The notes: generated by a model from the letters alone, not told the origin. DNA of 37,256 bases from Clostridia bacterium (GCA_045633305.1 JAZQYG010000177.1:1-37256); one strand, 5' to 3'; shown: positions 8,925 to 17,655, counted from the first letter of the stretch. Translations and numbers: made by a program.

Positions 8925-11396
8925 ATGATTCCTTATGACAAAATACAAAAAGATTGCGTTTTTGGAACGTATAATCTAGACAAACACGCTGGTTATACTT
9001 TAACTAACGGCGGGGCTTTGAAAGGTCCTTGGTATTACATTTACCAAAATAGAAAAATTCTTTTGTACGTTGACCAAAACGGTCCCGTAAAAGTTATGTA
9101 CGAGCCACCGCACGGTATTCTCATCATCAAAAGAGAAATCGGCGAAACTGAGAGCAAATGGCAAGTATGGGTTCAATCAGACTCGGTAAATAACGGTATC
9201 CCTGTATCTAACTTCAATAGTCCTAAACTTGCTTTCGAAGGAGAAAAACCCAAGTTCTGGGCAGACTGGACTCCCGAAACTGCTACTTATCACGCCGAAT
9301 ATAAAAATATGGAAATAATCACCGAACTCTTCGTTCCGCAAGACAAGGCTACCGTTTCCATGAAAACCACTATCAAAAACACGGGCGCAAAAACTTCAGA
9401 TTACGTAGTTACCCCCGCTCTATTCCCTTATATCAACATACCTCAAATGGTTGCTTGGGACTTGCCCGAGTGGTATCTTGCATCCAAAGTTCGCAAAAAC
9501 GGAGACAAAGCAATATCTATTCACGGACAAATGAGTGACCCTCATATGGACCCCAAAGCATACCGCTCCGTAACCTTCAATTTGGACTGGGAAGAAGACG
9601 CAACGTTTGACCTTTACGCTCATAACTTTGCTAAAACTGGCAATTTCTTCAATCCCGACACAATCCGTACCCCCAACGAATCTTATACTTTTGCAATGAA
9701 GGATTTGACCGAAACTGGTACTTATTCAAGCAAACAACAGACTTACTGCGCGAGATATAAATGCACTCTTGCTCCCGGTGAATCAAAAACTTATACTCAA
9801 GTACTCACCGTTCAAGATGCATACCGCTACAATGCAGAGGAAGAAAAATTCGAACAGTCTTACTTTAACAAAGAATCCTACGACAAACACGTACAAGAAA
9901 CGGTAAAATGGTTTGACGAGTGGTTCTCAAAACGTTCTATTAAGACGGCTAACCCCCTATTTGATAACTTTGCAAATACTTTTGCTCCTCTTCAAATGTA
10001 CTGGACTTGTTCTCTTGACCGTGGCTGGCCCTCTTCAATGAGAGGTATACGTGACGCGAGCCAAGACTTTATCGGACTAACTCCTCTTGACACCGTTTGG
10101 ACGAGAGAAACAATCATTAGCATGCTCGAGCATCAACAAGTAGACGGATGGATGCCTCGTCAAATAAGCACGGTATCACGCGAAGCACCTCACGATATGA
10201 GATACTACTGTGACGGTGGTGCTTTCTTGCTTGAACTTGTCCACGAATATATGACTTATACTCGTGACACCTCTATTCTTTTTGAAAAGGTTTGGTGGCT
10301 TGACTCCGACGAAAAAGATACCGTTCTTGAACATATCATCCGTTGCGTAGAATATTATCTTGCTGACAAAAATATCGGTGAACACAATCTTTGTAAAGTT
10401 TGGTACGGAGACTGGTGGGACCCCATGGATAAAATCGGTATGGAAGGAAGAGGCGAAACTGTAACCGTTACCGCTCAAATGATACTCGTCCTCAAAAATA
10501 TGTCCGATATGCTCAATGCATACAAAGATATTATTCCCGAAAAATATCACGCTCTTCCCGAAAAATTTGCCCTCTACCGTGAAAAATTCATAAAAGCAAT
10601 GAGAGAAACCGCATTTAACAAAGAGGGATTCTTCCAAGGCTACATGAACGACGACGGCAAATGGCTATTTGCGGACGCAGAAAACGACGCTGAAGGAATT
10701 TCTAAACTCTACCTCGTTTCCAACGCTTGGGCAATAATCGCTGGCGCAGGAACTCCCGAAATGAACCAGTCCGCCCTTAATAAAATTGAGGAAATGAACT
10801 TTGGTAGAATCGGTTACAACACCAAGAGCAAAGGCTATGCAACTCCTATCCAAAAAGGTGGACGAGTTGGAATACAAGGACCTGGTACTGCTCCTTATAA
10901 CCACGCTCAAAGTTTCCTTGTTCGTGCTTGTTGTACACTTGGAAATAGTGAAATGGCTTATAAAGCAACTCGTTACATCTTCCCCTTTGAAGAAGAGTAT
11001 GCTCCCGTAAAAATGACATACGCTCCCCCGTATGCGCTTGCAAACTCATATAGCAATAGCGATATGTTCTTACACTGGGTAGGATTCCAGTTCTTATCGG
11101 GAACGGTATCCTACACACTTAGAATATTCTATAATTTCTTCTTTGGTATTACCTACGATTACGATGGACTAACACTCCGTCCATGCCTGCCTAAAGAATT
11201 CGGTGAGTGTAGCGCACAGTTCACTTATCTTGGCAAAAAGTTTGTTCTAAATTGCAAACCTGGAGAAAACAAATCCGTAACTTTCAACGGAAAGTCTTGG
11301 AACAAAACCAAATACGACGAAGAATACAGAAAGGACGTTACATTTATTGCTGATGAAGATATGCAAGAAGTTAACGTTGTAGATATCGTTTATTAA
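8925..11396 (+). CDS. GH94-like glycoside phosphorylase (cellobiose/chitobiose phosphorylase superfamily)
   Basis: By-eye alignment to Cellvibrio cellobiose phosphorylase blocks gives four matches:
- MRGIRDASQDFIGL vs GMGFRDSNQDLLGF
- VWYGDWWDPMD vs IGRADWNDCLN (catalytic Asp block)
- LVSNAWAIIAGAG vs IEPQGFAVMAGIG
- FLSGTVSYTL...GITYDYDGLTLRPCLP vs WLTGTAAWNF...GVRPDYDGLVVDPQIP
The 823 aa length matches the family. Confidence 0.7.
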   Translation: MIPYDKIQKDCVFGTYNLDKHAGYTLTNGGALKGPWYYIYQNRKILLYVDQNGPVKVMYEPPHGILIIKREIGETESKWQVWVQSDSVNNGIPVSNFNSPKLAFEGEKPKFWADWTPETATYHAEYKNMEIITELFVPQDKATVSMKTTIKNTGAKTSDYVVTPALFPYINIPQMVAWDLPEWYLASKVRKNGDKAISIHGQMSDPHMDPKAYRSVTFNLDWEEDATFDLYAHNFAKTGNFFNPDTIRTPNESYTFAMKDLTETGTYSSKQQTYCARYKCTLAPGESKTYTQVLTVQDAYRYNAEEEKFEQSYFNKESYDKHVQETVKWFDEWFSKRSIKTANPLFDNFANTFAPLQMYWTCSLDRGWPSSMRGIRDASQDFIGLTPLDTVWTRETIISMLEHQQVDGWMPRQISTVSREAPHDMRYYCDGGAFLLELVHEYMTYTRDTSILFEKVWWLDSDEKDTVLEHIIRCVEYYLADKNIGEHNLCKVWYGDWWDPMDKIGMEGRGETVTVTAQMILVLKNMSDMLNAYKDIIPEKYHALPEKFALYREKFIKAMRETAFNKEGFFQGYMNDDGKWLFADAENDAEGISKLYLVSNAWAIIAGAGTPEMNQSALNKIEEMNFGRIGYNTKSKGYATPIQKGGRVGIQGPGTAPYNHAQSFLVRACCTLGNSEMAYKATRYIFPFEEEYAPVKMTYAPPYALANSYSNSDMFLHWVGFQFLSGTVSYTLRIFYNFFFGITYDYDGLTLRPCLPKEFGECSAQFTYLGKKFVLNCKPGENKSVTFNGKSWNKTKYDEEYRKDVTFIADEDMQEVNVVDIVY

Positions 11397-11403
11397 TTAA
11401 AGT

Positions 11404-11439
11404 AAAAAATCCCGTTGCTAATTGCGACGGGATTTTTTT
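11404..11439 (+). terminator. Rho-independent terminator
   Basis: An 11-bp stem, AATCCCGTTGC / GCGACGGGATT (one G-U pair), with loop TAATT, followed by TTTTTTT. Confidence 0.8.
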
Positions 11440-11469
11440 AAAATATTAAAATTTACGCCTTGTTTTTGT

Positions 11470-11498
11470 TTGACAAAGACGACAAATAACTATATAAT
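11470..11498 (+). promoter_or_regulatory. Consensus sigma-A promoter for tRNA-Arg
   Basis: Perfect TTGACA (11470-11475), 17 nt spacer, TATAAT (11493-11498), 40 nt upstream of the tRNA 5' end. Confidence 0.7.
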
Positions 11499-11538
11499 AT
11501 TTAAGCGTTGTAATTAATTTACAAATTTTATATTCAAT

Positions 11539-11615
11539 GCACCCTTAGCTCAATTGGATAGAGCGTTGGTCTACGGAACCAAAGGCTAGGAGTTCGAACC
11601 TCTTAGGGTGCGCCA
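11539..11615 (+). tRNA. tRNA-Arg (anticodon ACG), CCA encoded
   Basis: Hand-folded cloverleaf:
- acceptor GCACCCT/AGGGTGC
- D stem GCTC/GAGC
- anticodon stem TTGGT/ACCAA with loop CTACGGA
- T stem AGGAG/CTCTT with loop TTCGAAC
- discriminator G followed by CCA. Confidence 0.92.
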
Positions 11616-11650
11616 AAAATCGACAAGTTTTACGGCTTGTCGATTTTTTT
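11616..11650 (+). terminator. Rho-independent terminator after the tRNA
   Basis: Stem ATCGACAAG (11619-11627) / CTTGTCGAT (11636-11644), 8-nt loop, then a T-run to 11650. Confidence 0.8.
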
Positions 11651-11705
11651 ATTACTTCTTCACTTTTCACTCTTAACTTTTACTTTGAAATAATCTCCCC
11701 TTCTA

Positions 11706-11734
11706 TTGACTAATAGAAATTTGTGTGCTATGAT
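11706..11734 (+). promoter_or_regulatory. Promoter abutting the GT4 start codon (leaderless-type arrangement)
   Basis: TTGACT (11706-11711), 17 nt spacer, extended -10 TGcTATGAT (11726-11734). The ATG at 11741 lies 7 nt after the -10 and no Shine-Dalgarno is present. Confidence 0.5.
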
Positions 11735-11740
11735 AATTTT

Positions 11741-12976
11741 ATGGCTAACTTTATACTAAAAAAACAAGACGACTCTTACAAAAACTACGTAAACGAAAAA
11801 ATTAACGAGTACAATTCTAACGGCAAGAAAAATATCGTTTATTTCGTTGACTGCTATCACCCCGTAATCGACGGAGTTATCATGGTAGTAGATAACTATG
11901 CACGCCGTATGTCAAAAGAATTTAATTTAATTCTCGTCGTGCCTAAACACAAAGGACTAATATCATTTAACGAGGATTTCCTCGTAATAGGCGCAAAATC
12001 ACGCTTTTTAAAGTTTTTAAATTACGATTTGGCTTTTCCTAAACTTGATAGATTCTTAAAAAAATCTCTTAAAAAACTTAGAATTGACCTCGTGCACGTT
12101 CACTCTGTATTTACTATGGGACACTTTGCAAAAAAACTTGCAAAAAAGGAAAACGTTCCTTTCATCTCCACAATGCACAGTCAATATAAACAAGATTTCG
12201 AGCGTTACGTAAAGAGTAAACTTTTAGTTAAAATATTGATGAAGTACGTAATGAGCGTATTCAATGCAAGCGACGAACTTTGGGCTATGCATAACGGCAC
12301 TGCTAAAGTTATAAGAAGTTACGGCTACAATGGAGATATTTATTTTATGCCCAACGCAACGGAATTTATCTCCCCCGAGAATTTCGACGAATTAAAAAAG
12401 GAAATTAACGATAAATATAATTTATCACCAAACCTTCCAGTGTTTTTATTCGTTGGTAGACTTATTGAACAAAAAAATATTACTTTCCTTGCCGAAGCGC
12501 TTGCTATTCTAAATGAAAAAGGATTAGATTTTAAAGCATTTTTCGTTGGAAACGGTCCAGACGAAGAAAATCTCAAAAAGAAAATTGAGTCTTTAGGCAT
12601 AGAAGACAAAGTTATATTGACTGGACGAATTGACGACAGAAGCGAACTTGCAAAGTATTACGCGAGAAGTGATTTATTCTTATTCCCCTCTCTTTACGAT
12701 AATGCATCACTCGTTCAAATAGAAGCATCAGCGCTAAATACCCCACCCGTTATGATAAAAGGCGCAATCACCGCAGAAACTGTAACGGATAACGTTAACG
12801 GATATCTATCAGAGGCAAATCCACACTCTTACGCTGACGTCGTTTATAATGCAATACAAAATAAAACCGAACTTGACGAAATATCCAAAAACGCTAAACG
12901 AGACCTTTACTACACTTGGGATATGCTTGCCGAGAGACTTCTTGAAAGATACAATCATATAATCAACAATAAATAA
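11741..12976 (+). CDS. Family 4 glycosyltransferase (GT-B fold; glycolipid-synthase-like)
   Basis: The N-terminal motif YFVDCYHPVIDGV resembles the TYxPxxNGV block of GT4 diacylglycerol glycosyltransferases. The C-terminal part has LFVGRLIEQKN and LFLFPSLYDNASLVQIEASALNTPPV (EX7E-type region). The start could instead be the GTG at 11723 (ORF track). Confidence 0.75.
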   Translation: MANFILKKQDDSYKNYVNEKINEYNSNGKKNIVYFVDCYHPVIDGVIMVVDNYARRMSKEFNLILVVPKHKGLISFNEDFLVIGAKSRFLKFLNYDLAFPKLDRFLKKSLKKLRIDLVHVHSVFTMGHFAKKLAKKENVPFISTMHSQYKQDFERYVKSKLLVKILMKYVMSVFNASDELWAMHNGTAKVIRSYGYNGDIYFMPNATEFISPENFDELKKEINDKYNLSPNLPVFLFVGRLIEQKNITFLAEALAILNEKGLDFKAFFVGNGPDEENLKKKIESLGIEDKVILTGRIDDRSELAKYYARSDLFLFPSLYDNASLVQIEASALNTPPVMIKGAITAETVTDNVNGYLSEANPHSYADVVYNAIQNKTELDEISKNAKRDLYYTWDMLAERLLERYNHIINNK

Positions 12977-12978
12977 AG

Positions 12979-13014
12979 CAAAAAAATTCTCCTTAAACAA
13001 GGAGAATTTTTTTT
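12979..13014. terminator. Bidirectional terminator between convergent genes
   Basis: Stem AATTCTCCTT (12985-12994) / AAGGAGAATT (12999-13008), loop AAAC, flanked by an A-run and a T-run. Confidence 0.8.
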
Positions 13015-13025
13015 ATTACAACTAT

Positions 13026-14303
13026 TTAAAAACAAAGTTTTTCTATTGCCCTTTTATAAATTTCAAAAGTCTTTTCAAGTAGTTCAAGTTCTATATACTC
13101 GTTGGGTGCGTGCATATTGTCTACTTGACCGGGGAAAAGTGCGCCAAAGGCAACTCCGTGAGGAATTTCCCTAGCATACGTCCCCCCTCCTATTGCAAGA
13201 GGCTCGGCAGATTCTCCCGTTATTTCAACGTAACTTTCTAAAAGTTTTTGAACCAGTTCGTCGTCTTTTGATACAAATAGTGGGAGTGCTCCACTTTCTT
13301 TTATTATCTCCCCTTTCCACACTTTTTTAATCTTATTGATTACCTCTTCTTCTTTTACCGTGACTGGATAACGAATATTTATAGTGAAATAAAATTTATC
13401 CTCTTTCTTTTCTACTATACCAAGATTAAGCGTAAGTTTTCCACTCTCTTGGTCCTCACAGTCTATTCCAAGACCTTTTCCAAAAACGTCGCTTAGTAAT
13501 TCACGATACCTTTTAAAATCTTGATATCCTAAATTTTCAAGTTTCTTAAATAGGTTTATAATAGCGTTATCGCCTTTATCTGGGTGTGCTCCGTGCGCAC
13601 TTACCCCACTGGCTACTATCTCTTCTCCATTAACAAGAGTTGCTCTTGCTTTATTCGGGACGATATTAGGTCTTTCTCCACAATTCATTTGACTGATACC
13701 GTCAGTTGCTTGAGTAGTCAAAACCAAAGTCAAAATACCTTTTTCTGCGTTAATAACGGGAAAATCCGCGTCGGGAGAAAAACCAACTTCGGGCATTACC
13801 TCACTTTCTCTATAAATATCGATTGCGCTTTTGTCGTTAATTGCATAAATTGAATCGCTTTTAGGAAGTCCTTCCTCGTCTCCGCCTATTATCACGCGAA
13901 TACGTTTTTTAGGAGTTTTTCCCTCTTTCAAAAGAGCGTGAACTGCATACATTGAGGCAAGTAAAGGTCCTTTGTCGTCCAAGGCTCCTCTACCGTAGAT
14001 TTTTCCATCTTTTTCCACACCTCCAAACGGCTTTTCACTCCAACCTTCACCAGCGGGAACTACGTCTACGTGGGCAAGTATACCAAAATCTTCCCCTTCG
14101 CCTACGTCAAGCCATCCTACGACGCCACGACTTTGACCTACGCTTGTAAATCCAAGTTCTTTGCCTAAAGTCAAACAATATTCAATCCCTTCTTTTACCC
14201 ATTTTCCTCTAGGCGCGCCTTTTATAGGCTCGGAAAAAACGCTAGGTATTTGAATAAGTTCAGATAAAGATTTTTTTAATTTACAAAAAAGTTCTTTTTC
14301 CAT
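13026..14303 (-). CDS. M20-family metallopeptidase (PepV/Sapep-like dipeptidase)
   Basis: ILAHVDVVPAGEGWSEKPFGG and YGRGALDDKGP motifs are typical of M20A dipeptidases. GGDEE and the C-terminal GGGTYAR and HAPNEYIE blocks are also present. Confidence 0.8.
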   Translation of the reverse strand: MEKELFCKLKKSLSELIQIPSVFSEPIKGAPRGKWVKEGIEYCLTLGKELGFTSVGQSRGVVGWLDVGEGEDFGILAHVDVVPAGEGWSEKPFGGVEKDGKIYGRGALDDKGPLLASMYAVHALLKEGKTPKKRIRVIIGGDEEGLPKSDSIYAINDKSAIDIYRESEVMPEVGFSPDADFPVINAEKGILTLVLTTQATDGISQMNCGERPNIVPNKARATLVNGEEIVASGVSAHGAHPDKGDNAIINLFKKLENLGYQDFKRYRELLSDVFGKGLGIDCEDQESGKLTLNLGIVEKKEDKFYFTINIRYPVTVKEEEVINKIKKVWKGEIIKESGALPLFVSKDDELVQKLLESYVEITGESAEPLAIGGGTYAREIPHGVAFGALFPGQVDNMHAPNEYIELELLEKTFEIYKRAIEKLCF

Positions 14304-14332
14304 TTGACCTCTTTGATTCTTTGTAATATAAT
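14304..14332 (+). promoter_or_regulatory. Sigma-A promoter for gltX
   Basis: TTGACC (14304-14309), 17 nt spacer, TATAAT (14327-14332). The leader to the ATG at 14398 is about 58 nt, with a GGAG Shine-Dalgarno. Confidence 0.6.
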
Positions 14333-14397
14333 ATATTAAATTATATCATATACTTATACGAAATACTACATTTTTTTAGAAATTTGGAGAAAATATT

Positions 14398-15846
14398 ATG
14401 GCTAAAAAAGTACGTACCCGTTTTGCTCCCAGTCCCACGGGATTTATGCATATCGGAAATTTGAGAACAGCGCTATACTCTTACCTTTTTGCAAAAAGCA
14501 ACGGCGGTGAATTTATTCTCCGTATCGAAGACACGGATAGAGAAAGATTCGTTGAAGGCGCGGTTGAACTCATTTATTCTACCTTAAAAAAGGCTGGAAT
14601 TGACTACGACGAAGGTCCGGACCGTGACAAAGGTTTCGGCCCTTACGTTCAATCCGAGCGCAAACCTATTTATATGGAATATGCAAAGAAACTCGTTGAA
14701 CTCGGCGGTGCGTATTACTGTTTTTGCTCAAAAGAAAGATTAGAAAGTTTAGTTGATGAAAACGGCAACAGGCGTTACGACAAACATTGTTTATCTCTAT
14801 CAAAAGAAGAAGTTCAAAAAAGACTAGATGCCGGCGAACCCTTCGTTATTCGTCAAAACGTTCCCTTAGATGGCGTTTCAGAATACGACGACCTCGTATT
14901 TGGTCATATAAGCGTTCCTTGCGCAGACCTTGAAGACAACATCTTGATTAAGAGCGACGGTATGCCTACTTATAACTTTGCAAACGTCGTTGACGACCAT
15001 CTTATGGAAATATCACACGTTGTTCGTGGTACGGAGTATCTTTCAAGCACTCCTAAATATAATCTCGTATACGACAGTTTTGGTTGGGAAAGACCGGAAT
15101 ATATTCATCTCCCTCCCATAATGAAGGACCACGAACACAAACTTAGTAAACGTTATGGAGATGCAAACTTTGAAGATTTCCTTGCGAAAGGTTTTCTTCC
15201 CGAGGCAATCGTAAACTATATAGCTTTGCTTGGTTGGAGTCCAAAAGACAACACTGAAAAATTCACCGTTGCCGAACTTGAAAATCGTTTTAGCGTTGCA
15301 GGCGTCAACAAAAGCAGTAGTATATTCGACGAGGCTAAAATGCGTTGGCTTAACGCCGAATACATAAAAGAACTCGACCCTCAAAAATTCTTGGAACTTG
15401 CTACTCCTTTCCTTGATAAGAGCAAACTCAAAGGATTATACGATTATTCGTTAATTGCTCCCCTTCTACAACCTAGAGTAGAAATACTTGGAGATATTGT
15501 CGATATCGTTAATTTCCTTGAAGAATACGACCGATTCGACACCGCTCTTTACGAACACAAAAAGATGAAGACCGACGTTGAATTTGCAAAACTTTCACTA
15601 CCTCTTATTAAAAACACTCTTGAGAGTTTAACGACTTGGACGAACGAATCCGTACACGACGCGCTCAACGCTCTTGCCGAAAACTGGGAAGGCGGAGCAA
15701 TTAAAGTTGGTAAACTTATGTGGTGTTTGAGAATTGCTATAACTGGTAGAGCGGTGACTCCCGGTGGAGCTACTGATATGACGAACGTTCTTGGAAAAGA
15801 AAGAACTATTGAAAGATTGAATATGGCTATAAGTTATTTGAATTAA
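14398..15846 (+). CDS. gltX: Glutamyl-tRNA synthetase
   Basis: Class I signatures are RFAPSPTGFMHIGNLRTALY (HIGH-type) and KLSKR (KMSKS-type). Length and sequence are GltX-like throughout. Confidence 0.93.
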   Translation: MAKKVRTRFAPSPTGFMHIGNLRTALYSYLFAKSNGGEFILRIEDTDRERFVEGAVELIYSTLKKAGIDYDEGPDRDKGFGPYVQSERKPIYMEYAKKLVELGGAYYCFCSKERLESLVDENGNRRYDKHCLSLSKEEVQKRLDAGEPFVIRQNVPLDGVSEYDDLVFGHISVPCADLEDNILIKSDGMPTYNFANVVDDHLMEISHVVRGTEYLSSTPKYNLVYDSFGWERPEYIHLPPIMKDHEHKLSKRYGDANFEDFLAKGFLPEAIVNYIALLGWSPKDNTEKFTVAELENRFSVAGVNKSSSIFDEAKMRWLNAEYIKELDPQKFLELATPFLDKSKLKGLYDYSLIAPLLQPRVEILGDIVDIVNFLEEYDRFDTALYEHKKMKTDVEFAKLSLPLIKNTLESLTTWTNESVHDALNALAENWEGGAIKVGKLMWCLRIAITGRAVTPGGATDMTNVLGKERTIERLNMAISYLN

Positions 15847-15850
15847 TATC

Positions 15851-15889
15851 GAGCAAATTGCAAAATTATGTTTTGCAATTTGCTCTTTT
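15851..15889 (+). terminator. Rho-independent terminator after gltX
   Basis: A 15-bp perfect stem, GAGCAAATTGCAAAA / TTTTGCAATTTGCTC, loop TTATG, then TTTT. Confidence 0.85.
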
Positions 15890-15942
15890 AATTTGACTCT
15901 ATCACTCAAATATCGTTATTATTTTTTTTAAGGAAATAAAAA

Positions 15943-17361
15943 ATGGCTACTTTAGTTAAACAATCTAAACTCAAACGCAATCTTACGGAAGGACCTATTT
16001 TATCCAAAATGATTGCTTTTATATTGCCTGTTATTGCAACCAACCTACTTCAGGCTGCGTATAACGCTGCAGATATGATGGTTGTTGGACTCTCCTCTGA
16101 ACCTGATGCAGTTGGCGCGGTTGGTATCACCAACACGTTTATTACGCTTATTACTAATATATTTATCGGCTTTGCTATGGGCGCTAACGTAGTAGTCGCA
16201 AGATATTTGGGCGCAAAGGACGATTCTGGCGCATCAAAAGCAACTCACACCGCTATACTTATTAGTATACTCTTCGGACTTATATGCGGTCTTGCGGGAA
16301 TTGCAATATCAAGACTTATTCTATCTTCAATGGGAGCAAGTGGAAAATTCCTTGAACTCGGAGTCACTTACACCTATATTTATCTTGCAGGTACGCCTTT
16401 TATTGCGCTAACCAACTACTTGATTGCAATATTTAGAGCAAAAGGCGATACACGTACTCCCCTCGTTATACTTTCTTTATCGGGAATCGTCAACGTAGGA
16501 CTTAACCTTATTTTCGTGCTTGGTTTTGGTCTTAGCGTAGAAGGCGTAGCAGGCGCAACCGTAATTGCAAACGTTTTGTCCTCACTCGTTTTGCTCACCA
16601 TACTTTCAAAAGATACCTCCCCTTGTAAATTCTATTTCAAAAAATTGAAATTAGATAAAATTTCTTTTTCAAGTATAATACGCATAGGCGTACCCGCTGC
16701 AATTCAAGGTTCGCTTTTTTCGATATCAAACCTAGTAATACAGTCTTCCGTTATAAGAGTCAACGATATGCTTGCGCCTAACGCATCTTTCCAACCAGTA
16801 GTAAAAGGTCATGCAGCATCAGGAAACATAGAGGCATTTGCATATACTACCCAAAATGCAGTTTATCAAGCAACTATAACCTTCGTTTCTCAAAACGTCG
16901 GCGCTAAAAATCCCGAGCGAGTTAATAAAATTTTGAAATGCTCGTACCTGCTTGTATTTGCAGTAATTGGAGTATTTACAAGCATTTTATATCTAATTTA
17001 TCCATTTTTCCTCTCTCTTTACGGAGTAGTTCCGGGCGCGGAAGGTAGTTTAGAGCGACTCGCATACGAAACGTCCTTCTTGCGACTAACCTATATGCTT
17101 ATTCCCTACTTCACGATAGGAATTATGGAAATAGGTAGCGCGTTTTTGCGTGGTATGGGCAAATCTATGACCTCGACAGTTATTTGTCTTATCGGCGCGT
17201 GTTTGTTCCGTATTGCTTGGGTTTTGACTGTTTTCGAGGCATCTCCGACTATGTCAACGCTCTATCTATCCTATCCTATTTCTTGGACTTTGACGGGCGT
17301 AATATTATTCATATTCGGCGCTATCGAAAAGAAAAAATTTACGTTATTAACAAAATTATAG
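15943..17361 (+). CDS. MATE-family efflux transporter
   Basis: 472 aa with about 12 hydrophobic segments. The N-terminal part is MATE-like (GPILSKMIAFILPVIATNLLQAAYNAADMMVVG) and there is an internal duplication pattern (GVPAAIQGSLFSISNLVIQS). Confidence 0.85.
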   Translation: MATLVKQSKLKRNLTEGPILSKMIAFILPVIATNLLQAAYNAADMMVVGLSSEPDAVGAVGITNTFITLITNIFIGFAMGANVVVARYLGAKDDSGASKATHTAILISILFGLICGLAGIAISRLILSSMGASGKFLELGVTYTYIYLAGTPFIALTNYLIAIFRAKGDTRTPLVILSLSGIVNVGLNLIFVLGFGLSVEGVAGATVIANVLSSLVLLTILSKDTSPCKFYFKKLKLDKISFSSIIRIGVPAAIQGSLFSISNLVIQSSVIRVNDMLAPNASFQPVVKGHAASGNIEAFAYTTQNAVYQATITFVSQNVGAKNPERVNKILKCSYLLVFAVIGVFTSILYLIYPFFLSLYGVVPGAEGSLERLAYETSFLRLTYMLIPYFTIGIMEIGSAFLRGMGKSMTSTVICLIGACLFRIAWVLTVFEASPTMSTLYLSYPISWTLTGVILFIFGAIEKKKFTLLTKL

Positions 17362-17412
17362 AAAAACAAAGGAATATTGTTGCATGGATTAAAGTCAAAA
17401 TAATTCACAAAG

Positions 17413-17445
17413 AAAAAGCACGCATCATTGCGTGCTTTATTTTTT
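17413..17445 (+). terminator. Rho-independent terminator after the MATE gene
   Basis: Stem AGCACGCA (17417-17424) / TGCGTGCT (17429-17436), loop TCAT, then TTATTTTTT. Confidence 0.75.
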
Positions 17446-17446
17446 A

Positions 17447-17610
17447 TGAAATTTTTAGCCAAAGGCTAAAAGTGAAATACTGTGGTATGAAATTTTACTT
17501 TGTAAAAATGAAATAAAATAAATCCTTAACTTTGCGGAAGCAAAATTTCATTGCAATAGCAATTTCACTTGCAATTAGCAAATTTCATAAATCCGTAAGG
17601 ATTTATTTCA
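17447..17610. repeat. Strand-segregated array of eight TGAAAT hexamers with an embedded hairpin and three ~19-nt tandem units
   Basis: TGAAAT starts at 17447, 17473, 17488 and 17509 on the plus strand. Its complement ATTTCA starts at 17545, 17562, 17582 and 17605. Three tandem units AGCAA(A)(A)TTTCAnTTGCAAT lie at 17539-17557, 17558-17576 and 17577-17594. A 13-bp perfect stem pairs 17516-17528 with 17596-17608. Confidence 0.6.
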
Positions 17611-17624
17611 TTGTCGTTTTATAG

Positions 17625-17652
17625 AAAAAGCGTATCACCTGATACGCTTTTT
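17625..17652 (-). terminator. Rho-independent terminator for the minus-strand two-gene operon
   Basis: Stem AGCGTATC (17629-17636) / GATACGCT (17641-17648), loop ACCT, flanked by A- and T-runs, 4 nt past the stop at 17656. Confidence 0.8.
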
Positions 17653-17655
17653 AGT

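Noticed and set aside
10176-11118. Minus-strand ORFs (153, 81 and 90 aa) antisense to the GH94-like gene
   Set aside because: They sit inside a continuous 823-aa ORF with family-specific blocks and have no translation signals.
11400-11740. Possible integrated mobile element at the tRNA-Arg gene
   Set aside because: No integrase, recombinase or phage gene lies nearby. I found no direct repeat of the tRNA 3' end downstream. Flanking genes are ordinary, with their own promoters and terminators.
14304-14397. T-box riboswitch upstream of gltX
   Set aside because: The leader is only about 58 nt from the predicted -10 to the ATG. That is too short for a T-box, and I saw no specifier-loop or antiterminator features.
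17184-17516. ORFs 17184-17516 (+) and 17271-17462 (-) overlapping the MATE 3' end and the intergenic repeat region. Also tiny MKF-initiated mini-ORFs created by the ATGAAATTT repeats (for example MKFLAKG and MKFYFVKMK).
   Set aside because: None has a Shine-Dalgarno, and they run through a terminator hairpin. The ATG-AAA-TTT starts are a by-product of the TGAAAT repeat motif. I treat the region as non-coding.
17447-17610. CRISPR array
   Set aside because: The repeat units are only 6-19 nt, irregularly spaced, on both strands and without unique spacers. There are no cas genes in the window.
17440-17625. Replication origin, dif or parS site (considered because dnaB is in the window and the region is convergent)
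   Set aside because: I saw no cluster of DnaA boxes (TTATCCACA), no match to the Firmicute dif core and no parS palindrome (TGTTNCACGTGAAACA). TGTGGTATG at about 17481 is only a partial DnaA-box resemblance.
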